A stretch of 63,865 nt of DNA, the filler included, from Octopus bimaculoides (Eukaryota): the NCBI RefSeq assembly GCF_001194135.2. It is 5 parts of 5 records of this genome, joined end to end, with 100 filler letters (N's around TTAATTAATTAA, not from the genome) between each part and the next. Parts side by side here need not be neighbours in the genome. Positions count along the whole stretch, not along the records: positions 1 to 29,914 come from NC_068984.1; positions 30,015 to 41,202 come from NC_068986.1; 3 more parts are not named here. One strand, given 5' to 3'. Below, piece after piece: positions 24,950-37,854 of this stretch. The notes under the pieces were generated by a model. The model made no database searches. It saw only the letters and a program-made list of their open reading frames with translations, and had not been told where the DNA came from. The position numbers and the translations under genes were made by a program. Every line of letters starts with the position of its first letter. Positions within the stretch are counted from its first letter, which is position 1.

Positions 24950-25390
24950 GCATATGAAGACAATCGTGTTTTTTTTAATAAGACTGGACAACCAGAAGCA
25001 ACATAGTTAATTGTTTCTTCTCCACTTCCACAAATTCAGTAGATAATGTATTATGTCTCATTAAATACTTTTGGTGTCTCCGAAAGACTTCCATCATGTA
25101 CCACTGTCAAAAATTCTTGTACCTCAGCTTTCAATTCTGCTCAGATTATTCTTTATGTATTTCCATTCTGTTCAAAGTTACATTGACACTTTTTTCTAGC
25201 CCGAATTCTTCTAATAAATTGATGTACAGTTTGCCATTGTCTTTAGTTTATTTACTGCCTACAACTTAGATTTCCAGTACGTTCATACATAAAGTCGGTA
25301 TGTATATCTGAGACCATTTGATTGAAAGTATTACATTCGGCAGTAAACGTCGTGAAGAGAAAATCTCTTGGAATATTTCTTTTCTAAATG
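24950..25390 (-). mobile_element. Possible degenerate Tc1-like transposase remnant
   Basis: Minus-strand traces such as RFSLHDV and YINLLEE; heavily eroded. Confidence 0.3.
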
Positions 25391-25835
25391 AAATAGAATT
25401 CATTTTGAACATCTACTTACTGATGTGTTAACTGTATTTACTTTTGTTGCTGTACTGTAAAATAGAACTTATCTAAAGGGCTTTTAGCTAACACTGTGTG
25501 TTATGACGTTTGTAAAATTTTTGCCTGTACAGTATGTGTTGAAAAAAAGTGGGGAACCATCTGTACATGTTGCGACTCTTTTACGTACGTTTATTAACAT
25601 ACGTACACAACTGATGACAATTGATTCCAAAAAGAATCGAAACGTACGTGCTGCTGTTCACCCTATTTTTGTCCGTGCACATATCTTGCTGATGAACTAT
25701 CAACAACCGTAATAACACAGTATTTCATAGCAAAGATCATTTTTATATTTACTGAATTGTTTGCAATTTATTCATGATATGCTTGAAGTGCTTGCTTAAT
25801 GTTGGTACTGCTTTATTTATTGATTATGTTTGCAG

Positions 25836-25879
25836 GATCCATGTATAGGAAACACTTTCAAAAGCCTTCTCGTAGTTAA
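25836..25879 (+). CDS. Candidate terminal coding exon (G-SMYRKHFQKPSRS-stop)
   Basis: Acceptor ctttatttattgattatgtttgcag|G; the phase-1 start matches the end of exon 22463-22566; TAA at 25877-79; an AATAAA occurs at 26607. Confidence 0.4.
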
Positions 25880-27664
25880 TTCATTCTATTCTTAGAGCTT
25901 TATTTCTTGTTGTCGATCTTTACAACCATATCTACCTTGCATCTCTTCTAACCGTCTGGAAATATGGGCATTTTTTCCCTAAAATATCTTACCCCCGGAA
26001 TATTAATGAAGTTAAAACTTTAAGTTTAGGCTTGCTATTTATTTAGTTTTGGCAATTAAGACTGTCTCCCTTTAGTGAACCACCCTGGTATTGTTTCCGT
26101 CGCATTTAATGGGAGAAATATTAATTGGTTATTAAATATTTTTGCTGCATTTTATGCATGCCGATGAATATTTTAACTGGAAGTTTATAATTTTATCTGA
26201 TGCCTTCCGAGTTGCATCGTGAGCTGATATGGACCCTGTAGCTGTTTAAGAACTGCGTTTGTTGTTTTAAATTGTTGTACAAACTCTTCCCTAATATTCA
26301 TTCACTTCTCTTGCTGTTTGTGCTGCATCGTTTGGGGTTTTAATTATTACGGATTATTTATGATTTAGCGATGATCAACTTGTTTGGGTGGTCTCTGATT
26401 TCAGGTACGTCTCTTTTAAGTGCATTTCAATAATAGTTATCTCTCATTTATTTTTCATTTTTATTCTTTTTTTGTTGATTTAAGAATTGGGAGTTTGTTG
26501 TTTTTTGTAATTTTATTTTTTCTATGTGGAGAGACAAGTTACTGAAGAGATTGCAAGAGTGCAATGAAATGATTTAACAAAAAAAACTAAATACCGTTTA
26601 TAAATTAATAAAGGACTGAACCAGTGCGTGTGTTTATTACCGGCATAATGCCTCTCCCAAGGTTTAATTGTATTTCTTTCAACACACGTATCTACATCAA
26701 GAATCTTGCACACGAAATACACATACGAAATATAATATTTTGTTTTCCACGTTATTTACTTGCGTTTTGATATTATTGCATGTATAAATTTGAATGAATA
26801 TCAATGTTTATTTATAAACAATTAAGCTTAGTGATATTGATGTTTTTTTTTTTCATTAAGTCTACGACCGCAATGTTTGTGCTTTTTTATTGTTGCCGTA
26901 ATTTTTCTGTCAAACGTTATCCTTGGAAGATTCCTTAATTGGCCCATTGGAAATCCTCTCGATTTCTAATATCTCCATCATATTCAGAAATCTCATGTTG
27001 AAAATTTTTTAAACTTCTAATCCTTCTCATATTCCCCTTTAGTCATGTTTTATTTTCTTTTACATTGATTTGCATATTGCTCATCAGCATCCTATAAAAT
27101 TTCGGCTGCTTAATTTTGTTCCTTTACCATTAGTTTGTTTTGCACCCGTTACATTATCGCTGATTGAATTTTTATTTATTTATATATTTTTGTTCGTTTT
27201 GTGTGTTTATGGAGTGATCTAGTTTTATGTGTCATATCTTTAATAGTTTTGAGAACTTATCTTCTTACGTTAGTTAATCTGTTGAGCTCCAAAGTTACTT
27301 TTATATCAGGATTAGTTTCTTTCTAATTATTAAACGAAGATTTTGTGAAATTTTCGTGTTCGATGTAGAGTGTGGCTGAAAATTATTCATGTCGTATAAA
27401 TACATATATCCTTCGTGACCATTTATGTCATTTTTGTCTTATATGCAAGTTACGAACAATGGGTTTCAATAATTTATTGAAGTTATGATCACTGTCATCG
27501 GAAACAGCCTAATCAAATTTTCATGATACATTTTACATGCATTATAAATGTATCAGAATCAAAGCACCCATTCTTCTTTTAACCAGTTGCAGTCATTACT
27601 GATGTCGTCAGTATCAGCTAATACCCTCGTTGAAAATCGCTGGCCTAGAATCAAACTCGGAAAC

Positions 27665-27712
27665 AATTACCATCATCTTTCATCATCATCATCATCATCA
27701 TCATTATTATTA

Positions 27713-27794
<82 letters not shown>

Positions 27795-27832
27795 CATTAT
27801 TATTATCATTATTATTATCATCATTATTATCA

Positions 27833-27876
<44 letters not shown>
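27665..27876. repeat. (CAT)n/(TAT)n microsatellite, the tail or target of the adjacent R4/Dong element
   Basis: Visible repeat; reads (TAA)n on the element strand. Confidence 0.95.
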
Positions 27877-29522
27877 GCACAGCTTCTAACGCTGGAGATG
27901 TACTACAGTGTCAGCAGTTCGAGCGGTTCCAAGCAGTGCTGCTTTCTGCAAGTGCTCCACCCTTATTGCAGCCCCTATTTGTTCCACGTACTTCTCGAGA
28001 TTTTTGCTCACTGTTCCCAGGGCTCCGACAATTATTGGTATTACTGCTACCAATTTTATCAACCACAACTGCTTAAGTTCCCAAGCTAACCTGTGATATC
28101 TTTCGACTTTTCTTTCTTTATCATCGGATACCTTGTTGTCAGATGGGCATGCTATATCTATGATCCAGCATAGTTTGATTTCTTTCTCAATTAAGACTAT
28201 GCCCGGCTTCCTATTCTGTATCTCATGGTTGCATTGAATCATAAAATACCGTAGGATCTTTGCATTTCTATTTTCGATGATGTCTTCGGGTTTGTGGTTG
28301 TACCAGTTTTTTGCTCTGTCAAGTCCATACTTGTTGCAAAGTGTCCAATGGACAAACTTGGCTATATTGTCATGCGTCCCTTATATTCCTTCTGGGCTAG
28401 TGGCATACATTGGCTGGGAATATGCCATATGGATTCACCGTTTTGTCCACAGATTCTGCACTTATCACTTTCTGATGTGTTGTCTATTCTGTATTTGATG
28501 TAATTGGTTCTTAATGTTTGAGGTCATCCAACAAATGGTTGACTTTGTTTGGCGGATTTTGAATAGATACCCAGCTTTTGCTCTCCTCAGAATCAGTGTT
28601 AGTGGTATCAAGCATATTACAAAGATCAATGGGGACAGGCTGTCCCCTTGGAAGATGCCCCTTCTAATTTCTACTGTCCTTAAACTTCTCCCATATGCTG
28701 TCATGTCCGTCCTCCAATTCGCCATACTTTTTCCAAGCAATCGCAACATTCGAATCAATACCAAATAGGTTCATACATTCCATAATCCAAGAATGTGGGA
28801 TCATATCGTACGCCTTACAATAGTCGATCCATGACATGGCTAAGTTACTTTTCCTCCTCTTGCAGTCTCTAAGTACAGTTTTGCACATCAGAAGTTGATC
28901 CTTGGTACCTCTGCACTTACGCTTGCAACCCTTCTGCTCATGTGGCAGGACTCCATTTTTTTCCAGATGTTCGTACATTGACTCTGCGAGCATTCCAGTC
29001 AATAACTTCCAAATAAGTGGCAAACAGGATATCGGCCTGTAATTGTCTACCGTATTGCCTTTTTCGATGTTTTTCATGCACAAGACTGTCCTACCCAATG
29101 TCAACCACTCTGGTGTTACTTGGTCGGCATTTAACAAGGTGTTGAGTTGCGCAGCTATTCGTGCATGACATTCACCAAATTTTTTGATCCAGTAGCCTTG
29201 AACTTCATCTGGTCCCGGGGCCTTCCATTTTCTCAGCTCACTTTTTTGCTAATTTCCTTCACTCCCCTAACTGAAATGACTAGTTCTGTCTGTTTTGGAC
29301 AGACTACTGTTTGTTTCAGTTCTTGCAACCATTCAGCATCCTTCTTGTTCGCTTTGTCTTTTGCTCCAGATGTCAGTCCAAAACCTTTGACTTTCAATGT
29401 TATCTGGTATCAACTTTTCATCTGTACACTCTCCATTTATTTCTTTATAGAATCTCTTCTGATCTACTCTGAATAAACTATTCTGGTGGTAACCCTTCAT
29501 TATTTGGTTGTATCTTACCATC
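27877..29522 (-). mobile_element. R4/Dong-clade non-LTR retrotransposon (RT, CCHC, RLE); 5'-truncated, internal deletion near 28520
   Basis: [74 protein letters not shown], a CRIC..ESIWHI.SQC zinc knuckle, RKPGIVLIEK..WIIDIACP (RLE) and IPIIVGALG; (TAA)n on both sides. Confidence 0.92.
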
Positions 29523-29546
29523 TTATTATTATTGTTATTATTATTA

Positions 29547-29580
<34 letters not shown>

Positions 29581-29625
29581 CATTACTATTATCATCATCA
29601 TCATCATCATCGTCATCATCCTCAC

Positions 29626-29658
<33 letters not shown>

Positions 29659-29701
29659 TGTCATTTTTCCAAAGTTTCATCCGTTTCTACTATTGTACCT
29701 T

Positions 29702-29771
<70 letters not shown>
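29523..29771. repeat. Compound microsatellite (TAT)/(CAT)/(CAG)/(CTT)/(TAT) between two Dong-like elements
   Basis: Visible repeat. Confidence 0.9.
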
Positions 29772-29773
<2 letters not shown>

Positions 29774-29914
29774 TTATGTTTGACTTTTGTCTTGCATTTG
29801 TACAAGTTGGATCCAAGTCTCACCCAGAGACCTCAAGAGACAACGAGTTAGAAGTTCATGTAGGTGTTATGCCTAGGGTACCATATATTTGGATTTGTAC
29901 AGTTTTGTTCAAGT
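29772..29914 (-). mobile_element. 3' UTR of a second R4/Dong-like family, cut by a gap
   Basis: Reverse complement of 41510-41650, followed by (TAA)n. Confidence 0.85.
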
Positions 29915-29958
29915 NNNNNNNNNNNNNNNNNNNNNNNNNNNNNNNNNNNNNNNNNNNN

Positions 29959-29970
29959 TTAATTAATTAA
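29959..29970. other. Artificial scaffold spacer TTAATTAATTAA inside an N-gap (also at 41247-58, 55207-18, 62419-30)
   Basis: Identical 12-mer with stops in all six frames, embedded in N runs four times. Confidence 0.95.
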
Positions 29971-30108
29971 NNNNNNNNNNNNNNNNNNNNNNNNNNNNNN
30001 NNNNNNNNNNNNNNATAAGACAGAACGACTAATAAAAACAGAATATCATAAATGTATACAACGGTCCGCTTCTATTTCTCTTTCTATCCCAGTAGCTACA
30101 TATACACA

Positions 30109-30153
<45 letters not shown>

Positions 30154-31439
30154 TTATTTACACATGCACACAAACACACACACACGCACGCATATGTATA
30201 ATAAACGTCCAATTATATGCGTCTGCGTATATGTGTGTCTGCGTGTACATGTGCGTGCGTGTGTGTGTGTTTGCATGCGTGTGTGTGTTTATATGTGTGT
30301 GTATCCATGCGTATGTCTGTACGTGCTTTTCTGTTTCGCCTTTCCTGTGTGCGTGTGTGTGTCCATAGAATTCTGTGTATATTTCTATGCTTTGTACACA
30401 ATATAGTCGACAGCCTACAAAATATTCTGAACTACTATGTGAGAGGACAGTCGGTTCAACGAGAATTAAGCATGACAGCTGGTGACAGTTTAATATGCAT
30501 TGATAGCTTATTCAAATATATGCTTACTTTCAAAATTTCACGTATATTTGTATGTATGTATGTATGTATGTACAAATTTATGCATGAATGTGTGTACGTG
30601 TAAGTTAATCTCTCTCTTTCTTTTTCTCGGTATCTCACTCGTTGTATAACTATATATATATATAGACGGCTGTGCCCCTGCATGGCCACAGCCCATGAGC
30701 TAGATCAAATCAAATCAAATATATATATATATATATATATANNNNNNNNNNNNNNNNNNNNNNNNNNNNNNNNNNNNNNNNNNNNNNNNNNNNNNNNNNN
30801 NNNNNNNNNNNNNNNNNNNNNNNNNNNNNNNNNNNNNNNNNGTGTGTCTATGTATGTGCTGGTGTGTGTATGTCTCTGTGTGTCACTGCGTGTATATATG
30901 TAATTATTTAGATGTACAAACTGATTTTACAATGAGCGATTTCGCATGTATGTGTGCACAAATACATATATTTGTGTATATGCTTGTCTGAAATCACAGA
31001 AGATTATGTGTTAACTCTTATCTAGAGCCGGCGATAAAAATTTAGTATATAATTAAATACATCTCGTAATAATTATCTAATTAACATCATTATATTATGA
31101 ATTTCACTGCTGGCATATATCCAGGAATTTGTAGGTGGAGCATCTTTAACTAAATATTGTGTGATTACATTGTGAATATAAGAGGATTCTGTATTGTTTT
31201 GCATATTATCAGTAATATATGTATTACAATGATTTACTTTATAATTCAAAATTAACTCAATATATTTTAATAACACTTCATATATCTTTAAGATTAGTCA
31301 TATACATATGTACAAACTTATACATACACATACATATGTGTGTGTATGCGTACTTAAGTGTGTGTCAGTATGCGTATGTGTGAGTGTGTGTAAATATATA
31401 TATATATATTCTTTTCTACTCTAGACACATGGCACAAAA

Positions 31440-31614
31440 TTTTTAGGGACGCCATTTGATCCACCCTATTACGCAACTGCTACTTAATTTTTCGACCACG
31501 AAAGGATGAAATTCAAAGTCGACCTCGGCGGAAATTGAACTCAGAACGTAAAGACAGACGAAATACCTCTAAGCATTTCGCCTGGCGTGCTAACGTTTCT
31601 GCCAGTTCGCCGCC
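31440..31614 (-). mobile_element. SINE family B
   Basis: aaaggatgaaattcaaagtcgacctcggcggaaattgaactcagaacg...ctgccagttcgccgcc. Confidence 0.88.
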
Positions 31615-32616
31615 TTATGGTCATATATGTATGTATCTCTCTCTCTCTATCTCTCTCTCTCTCTGTCTCTCTCTCTCTATATACATATATATCTGTATAT
31701 ATNNNNNNNNNNNNNNNNNNNNNNNNNNNNNNNNNNNNNNNNNNNNNNNNNNNNNNNNNNNNNNNNNNNNNNNNNNNNNNNNNNNNNNNNNNNNNNNNNN
31801 NNNNNNNNNNNNNNNNNNNNNNNNNNNNNNNNNNNNNNNNNNNNNNNNNNNNNNNNNNNNNNNNNNNNNNNNNNNNNNNNNNNNNNNNNNNNNNNNNNNN
31901 NNNNNNNNNNNNNNNNNNNNNNNNNNNNNNNNNNNNNNNNNNNNNNNNNNNNNNNNNNNNNNNNNNNNNNNNNNNNNNNNNNNNNNNNNNNNNNNNNNNN
32001 NNNNNNNNNNNNNNNNNNNNNNNNNNNNNNNNNNNNNNNNNNNNNNNNNNNNNNNNNNNNNNNNNNNNNNNNNNNNNNNNNNNNNNNNNNNNNNNNNNNN
32101 NNNNNNNNNNNNNNNNNNNNNNNNNNNNNNNNNNNNNNNNNNNNNNNNNNNNNNNNNNNNNNNNNNNNNNNNNNNNNNNNNNNNNNNNNNNNNNNNNNNN
32201 NNNNNNNNNNNNNNNNNNNNNNNNNNNNNNNNNNNNNNNNNNNNNNNNNNNNNNNNNNNNNNNNNNNNNNNNNNNNNNNNNNNNNNNNNNNNNNNNNNNN
32301 NNNNNNNNNNNNNNNNNNNNNNNNNNNNNNNNNNNNNNNNNNNNNNNNNNNNNNNNNNNNNNNNNNNNNNNNNNNNNNNNNNNNNNNNNNNNNNNNNNNN
32401 NNNNNNNNNNNNNNNNNNNNNNNNNNNNNNNNNNNNNNNNNNNNNNNNNNNNNNNNNNNNNNNNNNNNNNNNNNNNNNNNNNNNNNNNNNNNNNNNNNNN
32501 NNNNNNNNNNNNNNNNNNNNNNNNNNNNNNNNNNNNNNNNNNNNNNNNNNNNNNNNNNNNNNNNNNNNNNNNNNNNNNNNNNNNNNNNNNNNNNNNNNNN
32601 NNNNNNNNNNNNNNNN

Positions 32617-32676
<60 letters not shown>

Positions 32677-33162
32677 GACATAAACATAGATAGATAGATA
32701 GATAGAAAGACAGACAGATAGATACATTTGGTAGGTAAGAACATAGGTAGATACGTATAGGAGAGAAAGTTTGCATGCTTATATGGGTGTATGTGTGCTG
32801 CCTCCATTAGGCGCGCTACAGAAGGATACCGGAAACTTTTTGATACATCTCCTTTGATGTATCTCTATACATGTGTATATGTATACATGCATACATTTAT
32901 ATATGCCTACACNNNNNNNNNNNNNNNNNNNNNNNNNNNNNNNNNNNNNNNNNNNNNNNNNNNNNNNNNNNNNNNNNNNNNNNNNNNNNNNNNNNNNNNN
33001 NNNNNNNNNNNNNNNNNNNNNNNNNNNNNNNNNNNNNNNNNNNNNNNNNNNNNNNNNNNNNNNNNNNNNNNNNNNNNNNNNNNNNNNNNNNNNNNNNNNN
33101 NNNNNNNNNNNNNNNNNNNNNNNNNNNNNNNNNNNNNNNNNNNNNNNNNNNNNNNNNNNNNN

Positions 33163-33203
<41 letters not shown>

Positions 33204-34239
33204 TAATTATATATTTGTCATATATTTCGTTATACTTGTATATATATGTAAATATGGAGGTCTACAGGCATTTCTAGGTCTACAGGTACCTGAGATTCCG
33301 ATGTCACAGTCAACAACACTCTTGTATATGAACAAAAACATGTTCGTAATCTACAAATGTATAGAGTAAGCTATGAAGCTATATATAAAATAAATATATA
33401 TGTTCACATGTCTACATGTATCTATTTATAAAATATCTATATGTCTTGTATCCCTATATCTCTCTGTCGATCTATGTACATTTACTTTTCGCTATAACAT
33501 GTTATGTATTGGTGATATGCTTCACCTGGAAGTTGCAATACACTCATATAATAAATATCATTGTTTATATTATAATTCCGGCAGTATTTTGTCTTTTAGC
33601 CTTCCACAGTATCGATATTAAATTTACATTTATATATATATATACAAAATTATACAAAAAAAACAACAGCAAAGGACTGGAATCTGTTAGTGAATAAAGG
33701 AATTACAGGTTGTATCAGATTGACGCTCTGGAATAATAAAAATCTTCGAAGTCTCGATCCTACCTCTTCTACAGAAAGAAATGATGAGACAAAAGAAATG
33801 GGGGGAAAAATATATAAAACCATGATATCATGGAAAAATATATAAAACCATGATATCATGGTTTTACAATACTTTTAGCAAAGAATTTACGATTTACTCT
33901 TGATTTCGTCACACCCAACTAATATTTTATATGTCAAATTACTTAAGATTTCCGGTTATGATGGAACTTTAGTGAGCATGTAAGCACCTTTCCAAGTATG
34001 TATGTATATGAGTATGTGTCTGTCGATCCTCATTGTTGTTAAAGGAGTTGACACAAAAGTGATTTTGCAGTCCGTATAATTCTAATTTTCTAAGAATATA
34101 GAAGTGTAAACTAGGTATGATGTATCCAGTACTGCTTTCGTCGGATTTTTGCCTGTACTTGCTGGTATTACTTGTATGGTTCCCCGAACCTTCTTCCTTC
34201 TACCGTATACGTATACGCTTATTTATACGCATTTAAATA

Positions 34240-35802
34240 CACTGGGTCCCACATTGTTAGGCAAATCAACCTTTTCTCAATAAATAAATGTGTATTCGTT
34301 GAAAACCAGTTGTTTTTCCACTGACTGTTGGCAACATCTATTTGCGTACACTCTGTAAAAATAAATCGGATCTGCGTAAACGAAAACAAACGGCAGCCAT
34401 TATCGTGTAGCAGCAACGATTCTGCTCTCCCAAATTAGTAGGAAGGTGCCTAATTTAAGTGTCATTATGGGTCAGAAACGTGATTTTACTTCAAATGAGA
34501 AGTCTACCACCGTGTCAGAGATTGGAAAAGGAAAAACATCCATAGAAATATCAAAAAATACTGGGAAAAGATCACCGAACAGTGAAGAAATTTGTGAGGT
34601 CTCCTATTTCTGTTCGAGGGCAGATAAGGGTAAGTCGAGGGTAGCTTTGAATCATACTTTGTCACGTGTGAAAAGGTAAGTTGTGCGGAACCCATGTCTG
34701 ACAAGTAGAGAAGTCTTCAAACTGGCAGGAAAGACGTAACGAAAATTGCCAGGTGTCGCCTTTTCAAGCAGGTAGCCAGGAATGTTAAATCTGTTACAAG
34801 GCCCTTCCTTGAAGGATGTTCATAATCATGAGAAACTGAAATGGGCAGAAGAATGCATTAAGATGAAGATGCCGTGCTATCCCTGATGGACCAGGTGGCT
34901 GGAGTAAAGTTTGGGTATCAATCAGCGGGAACAGTCCTCATCGTTTGAGACGACAGTGAGGAGATGGATCATGTTTTGGGCAGGTACCATTGGTTTATGA
35001 TGGTCAGGCCATGGAAATTAAGCCCCAGATGGCATTAAGATGACATCGAAGACATGTGTTGCCTTCTTAAAGGACAATTTCCAACCGTGGTTCTAAAAGC
35101 AAAAACTTTCATTCACGAGAAAGCTGGTCTTCATGCAAGATAATGCCCCATCTCATGCAGCGAAGAATTGTAAGGAATACCTGAAGCAAATAGACTTCAC
35201 TGGAGGTCATTTGATGGAGTGGCTCCCTTGTTTACCTGCCTTAAACCCAATCGAGAACCTGTGAAATGTTCTGAAGAGGTGATTTACCAAGATGGACGGC
35301 AGTTTACAAGTAAAGTTACCTTCTGGGATGTTATTGTAGATGCTGCTCAAAGCATGACACAGGAAGGTATCATCACCTTGACAAATTCCTGGATCACCAC
35401 GTTAGGAAGGTTATTGTATGTGGGGGATCATACATCAAACATTAAGAGTTGTATGACATCATGATCCCAGGATTATTTTCAATCGAACGTATATTATGTT
35501 TATTATTAAGTCTTTTATGAATAGTATTTTTGTTAAACCTTTACTGCTATATTAAATAAAATGTTTGGTCTGATTCAATCATCATATTTATTTTATTTGC
35601 CTACTAATCTGTGACAGTGCAAATGCTGCCCAATCATAAAAATGGGTGCCATTTGTTGGCGTCTGCGCAGGTTCGATTTATTTTAACACAATGTGCGCAG
35701 GTAGGTGTTGCCAAAAGTCAATGGGAAAACAACTGGTTTTGAACGAATACACATTTATTTATTGAGTGAGGGTTGATTTGCCTAATAATATGGGACGCAG
35801 TC
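34240..35802 (+). mobile_element. Full-length Tc1-family relic (DD34E) with long TIRs, inactive
   Basis: TIRs of about 165 bp or more (CACTGGGTCCCACATTGTTAGGCAAATCAACC... versus the reverse complement at 35640-35802), TA flanks; ATG at 34467 (MGQKRD..); motifs LVFMQDNAPSHAA and LNPIENL; frameshifts. Confidence 0.95.
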
Positions 35803-36349
35803 TAGGTAGATATTTTGTATAATTCTTAGCATATTTATACGTACATACATATACGTATATATATATACATATATATAAATATATACATATATATACATAT
35901 GTATATATATATCAATNNNNNNNNNNNNNNNNNNNNNNNNNNNNNNNNNNNNNNNNNNNNNNNNNNNNNNNNNNNNNNNNNNNNNNNNNNNNNNNNNNNN
36001 NNNNNNNNNNNNNNNNNNNNNNNNNNNNNNNNNNNNNNNNNNNNNNNNNNNNNNNNNNNNNNNNNNNNNNNNNNNNNNNNNNNNNNNNNTGTGTGTGTAT
36101 ATATATATATATATAAAGACATCTAATGATAATATTTTAAAATATATCTATACTTTGTACTTTCTTTTTATATATTTCTGCTTTTCATTTACATATGTAT
36201 AAATGGAGTTTGTGTGGTGATGAATATTAAATCGGACCACGAACGCACAAACATTCCCGTAACAATTGCCATTCAAATTTGCTACCATAGTGATTGTCAT
36301 TGTCATTGAGGCCATGCCATACGTCATACCAGCTGCATTTTGGTGACAG

Positions 36350-36481
36350 TTTTCATGAAAACCATCAGCAATTTATGGAAAACATCTGTTGCTTCCCTTG
36401 CCGCTGATCAAAATTATGTATTCCTAGCAGTAACTCGTTCTCGCACCGCTTTCTCTCTTTATATATTCCAGTTCTTGATGG
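36350..36481 (+). CDS. Candidate exon of an unidentified gene, 132 nt, phase 1-1 (xFMKTISNLWKTSVASLAADQNYVFLAVTRSRTAFSLYIFQFLMx)
   Basis: Open frame ending at a perfect donor G|GTGAGT (36482). The acceptor is weak; an alternative reading is a 10-nt micro-exon from 36472 after ttctctctttatatattccag. Confidence 0.3.
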
Positions 36482-36559
36482 GTGAGTGGCATCCACTGAG
36501 ATGTTCCTCTCAGCCAAACTTTGTACGATTGTTGTCACCGCATACGTTTGCTATCAATT

Positions 36560-36792
36560 CTTATTTCTTTACTGCCCACAAGGTGCTAAACACAGAGGGG
36601 ACAAACAAGGACAGACAAACGGATTAAGTCGATTATATCGACCCCAGTGCGGAACTGGTACTTATTTAATCGACCCCGAAAGGATGAAAGGCAAAGTCGA
36701 CCTCGGCGGAATTTGAACTCAGAACGTAGCGGCACCCGAAATACCGCTATGCATTTCGCCCGGCGTGCTGACGTTTCTGCCAGCTCGACGCC
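36560..36792 (-). mobile_element. SINE family B, young-looking copy with an alternative 3' tail
   Basis: Head and centre match 22084-22255; the tail (ccgtttgtctgtccttgtttgtcccctctgtgtttagcaccttgtgggcag) differs from the ccccccaaatt tail. Confidence 0.88.
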
Positions 36793-37572
36793 TTTTGCTA
36801 TCAATTCAGTCGTATCAAATGAACTCATGAGATCGTTCACTGGACTGACATTGTTAGAAATTGTTAGGTTATTTTGCTTATTTTGCTTATTTCATTCTCT
36901 TTTTGGTAAGGACCCGGGATACAGATGACATGACAGTGCCTGTTATGCTTTTGGATGGTCCTCTTGGCCGCATTTACGCTTTATCTTTTGGTACTGTTTC
37001 AAGCACTCTCGAAGAGCTATCCAGAAGATGACATTAGTATAAACCTAGAACACACACATGCAGCTATCAACTTCTGATTTTGTAAACATACGGTCGTATA
37101 ACTCGCAACGTAGAATTTGGACATCGAAAATTAAGCGTACTCTGTTTAAAACAAGCACTATGCGGCATTGGGATGACGATAACCTTATTGTCATGGAAAT
37201 GATTCTTTGAACTAATACTACTCTAGAGCCCTATAATGTGATATGTGCTGGCAATCTCTAAATATTGCTGGTAATGTGATATGTTAACCACTCGGGGTCG
37301 TTGACATACACAAATACTCAATCACGTTCTACGACATAGGAAGTAGCCGACATAGGTTTTAGTTGCGTTACCTGGATAAGCGCAAATGAAGGGATGTTCT
37401 CGACTAGAATGTCTCTGATCATAAATATGAACGATCGATGGTGACAAGGTGCTAAGCATAACAACAATAAAATACACTCCATCTCAAATACGAACATTGT
37501 GCCTTATATATTTATGTATGTATGTGTGTGTGGAGTGACATAGAGAGAAACAGAAATAGATAGCTAGCTAGG

Positions 37573-37640
<68 letters not shown>

Positions 37641-37823
37641 CAGACTATCATAGACCACATAAATGTATGTTTGTGTTTGTGTTTGTGCTCATGTGACTTA
37701 TCATTTATTAATAAATAATAAGAATATGGAAAAAATATACGGTTTTTTATAGCATCTGGGGCGTAACAACATATTAACATTTATGTATTTTCCGATAAAT
37801 AATATGTGAATATGTGTGCCTAT

Positions 37824-37854
<31 letters not shown>

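Noticed and set aside
10631-25879. Assigning a gene symbol (IL1 or FGF) to the candidate gene
   Set aside because: Similarity is pattern-level only, diagnostic motifs such as FES or the conserved FGF cysteine context are not clearly present, and the model is incomplete.
27548-28076. Poly-Leu, poly-Tyr/His and poly-Ile ORFs
   Set aside because: Translations of (TAT)n/(CAT)n microsatellite.
29333-29851. Poly-Ala/Asp/Asn ORF fused to an RT-like peptide
   Set aside because: Microsatellite read in frame into the truncated 5' end of the Dong-like element.
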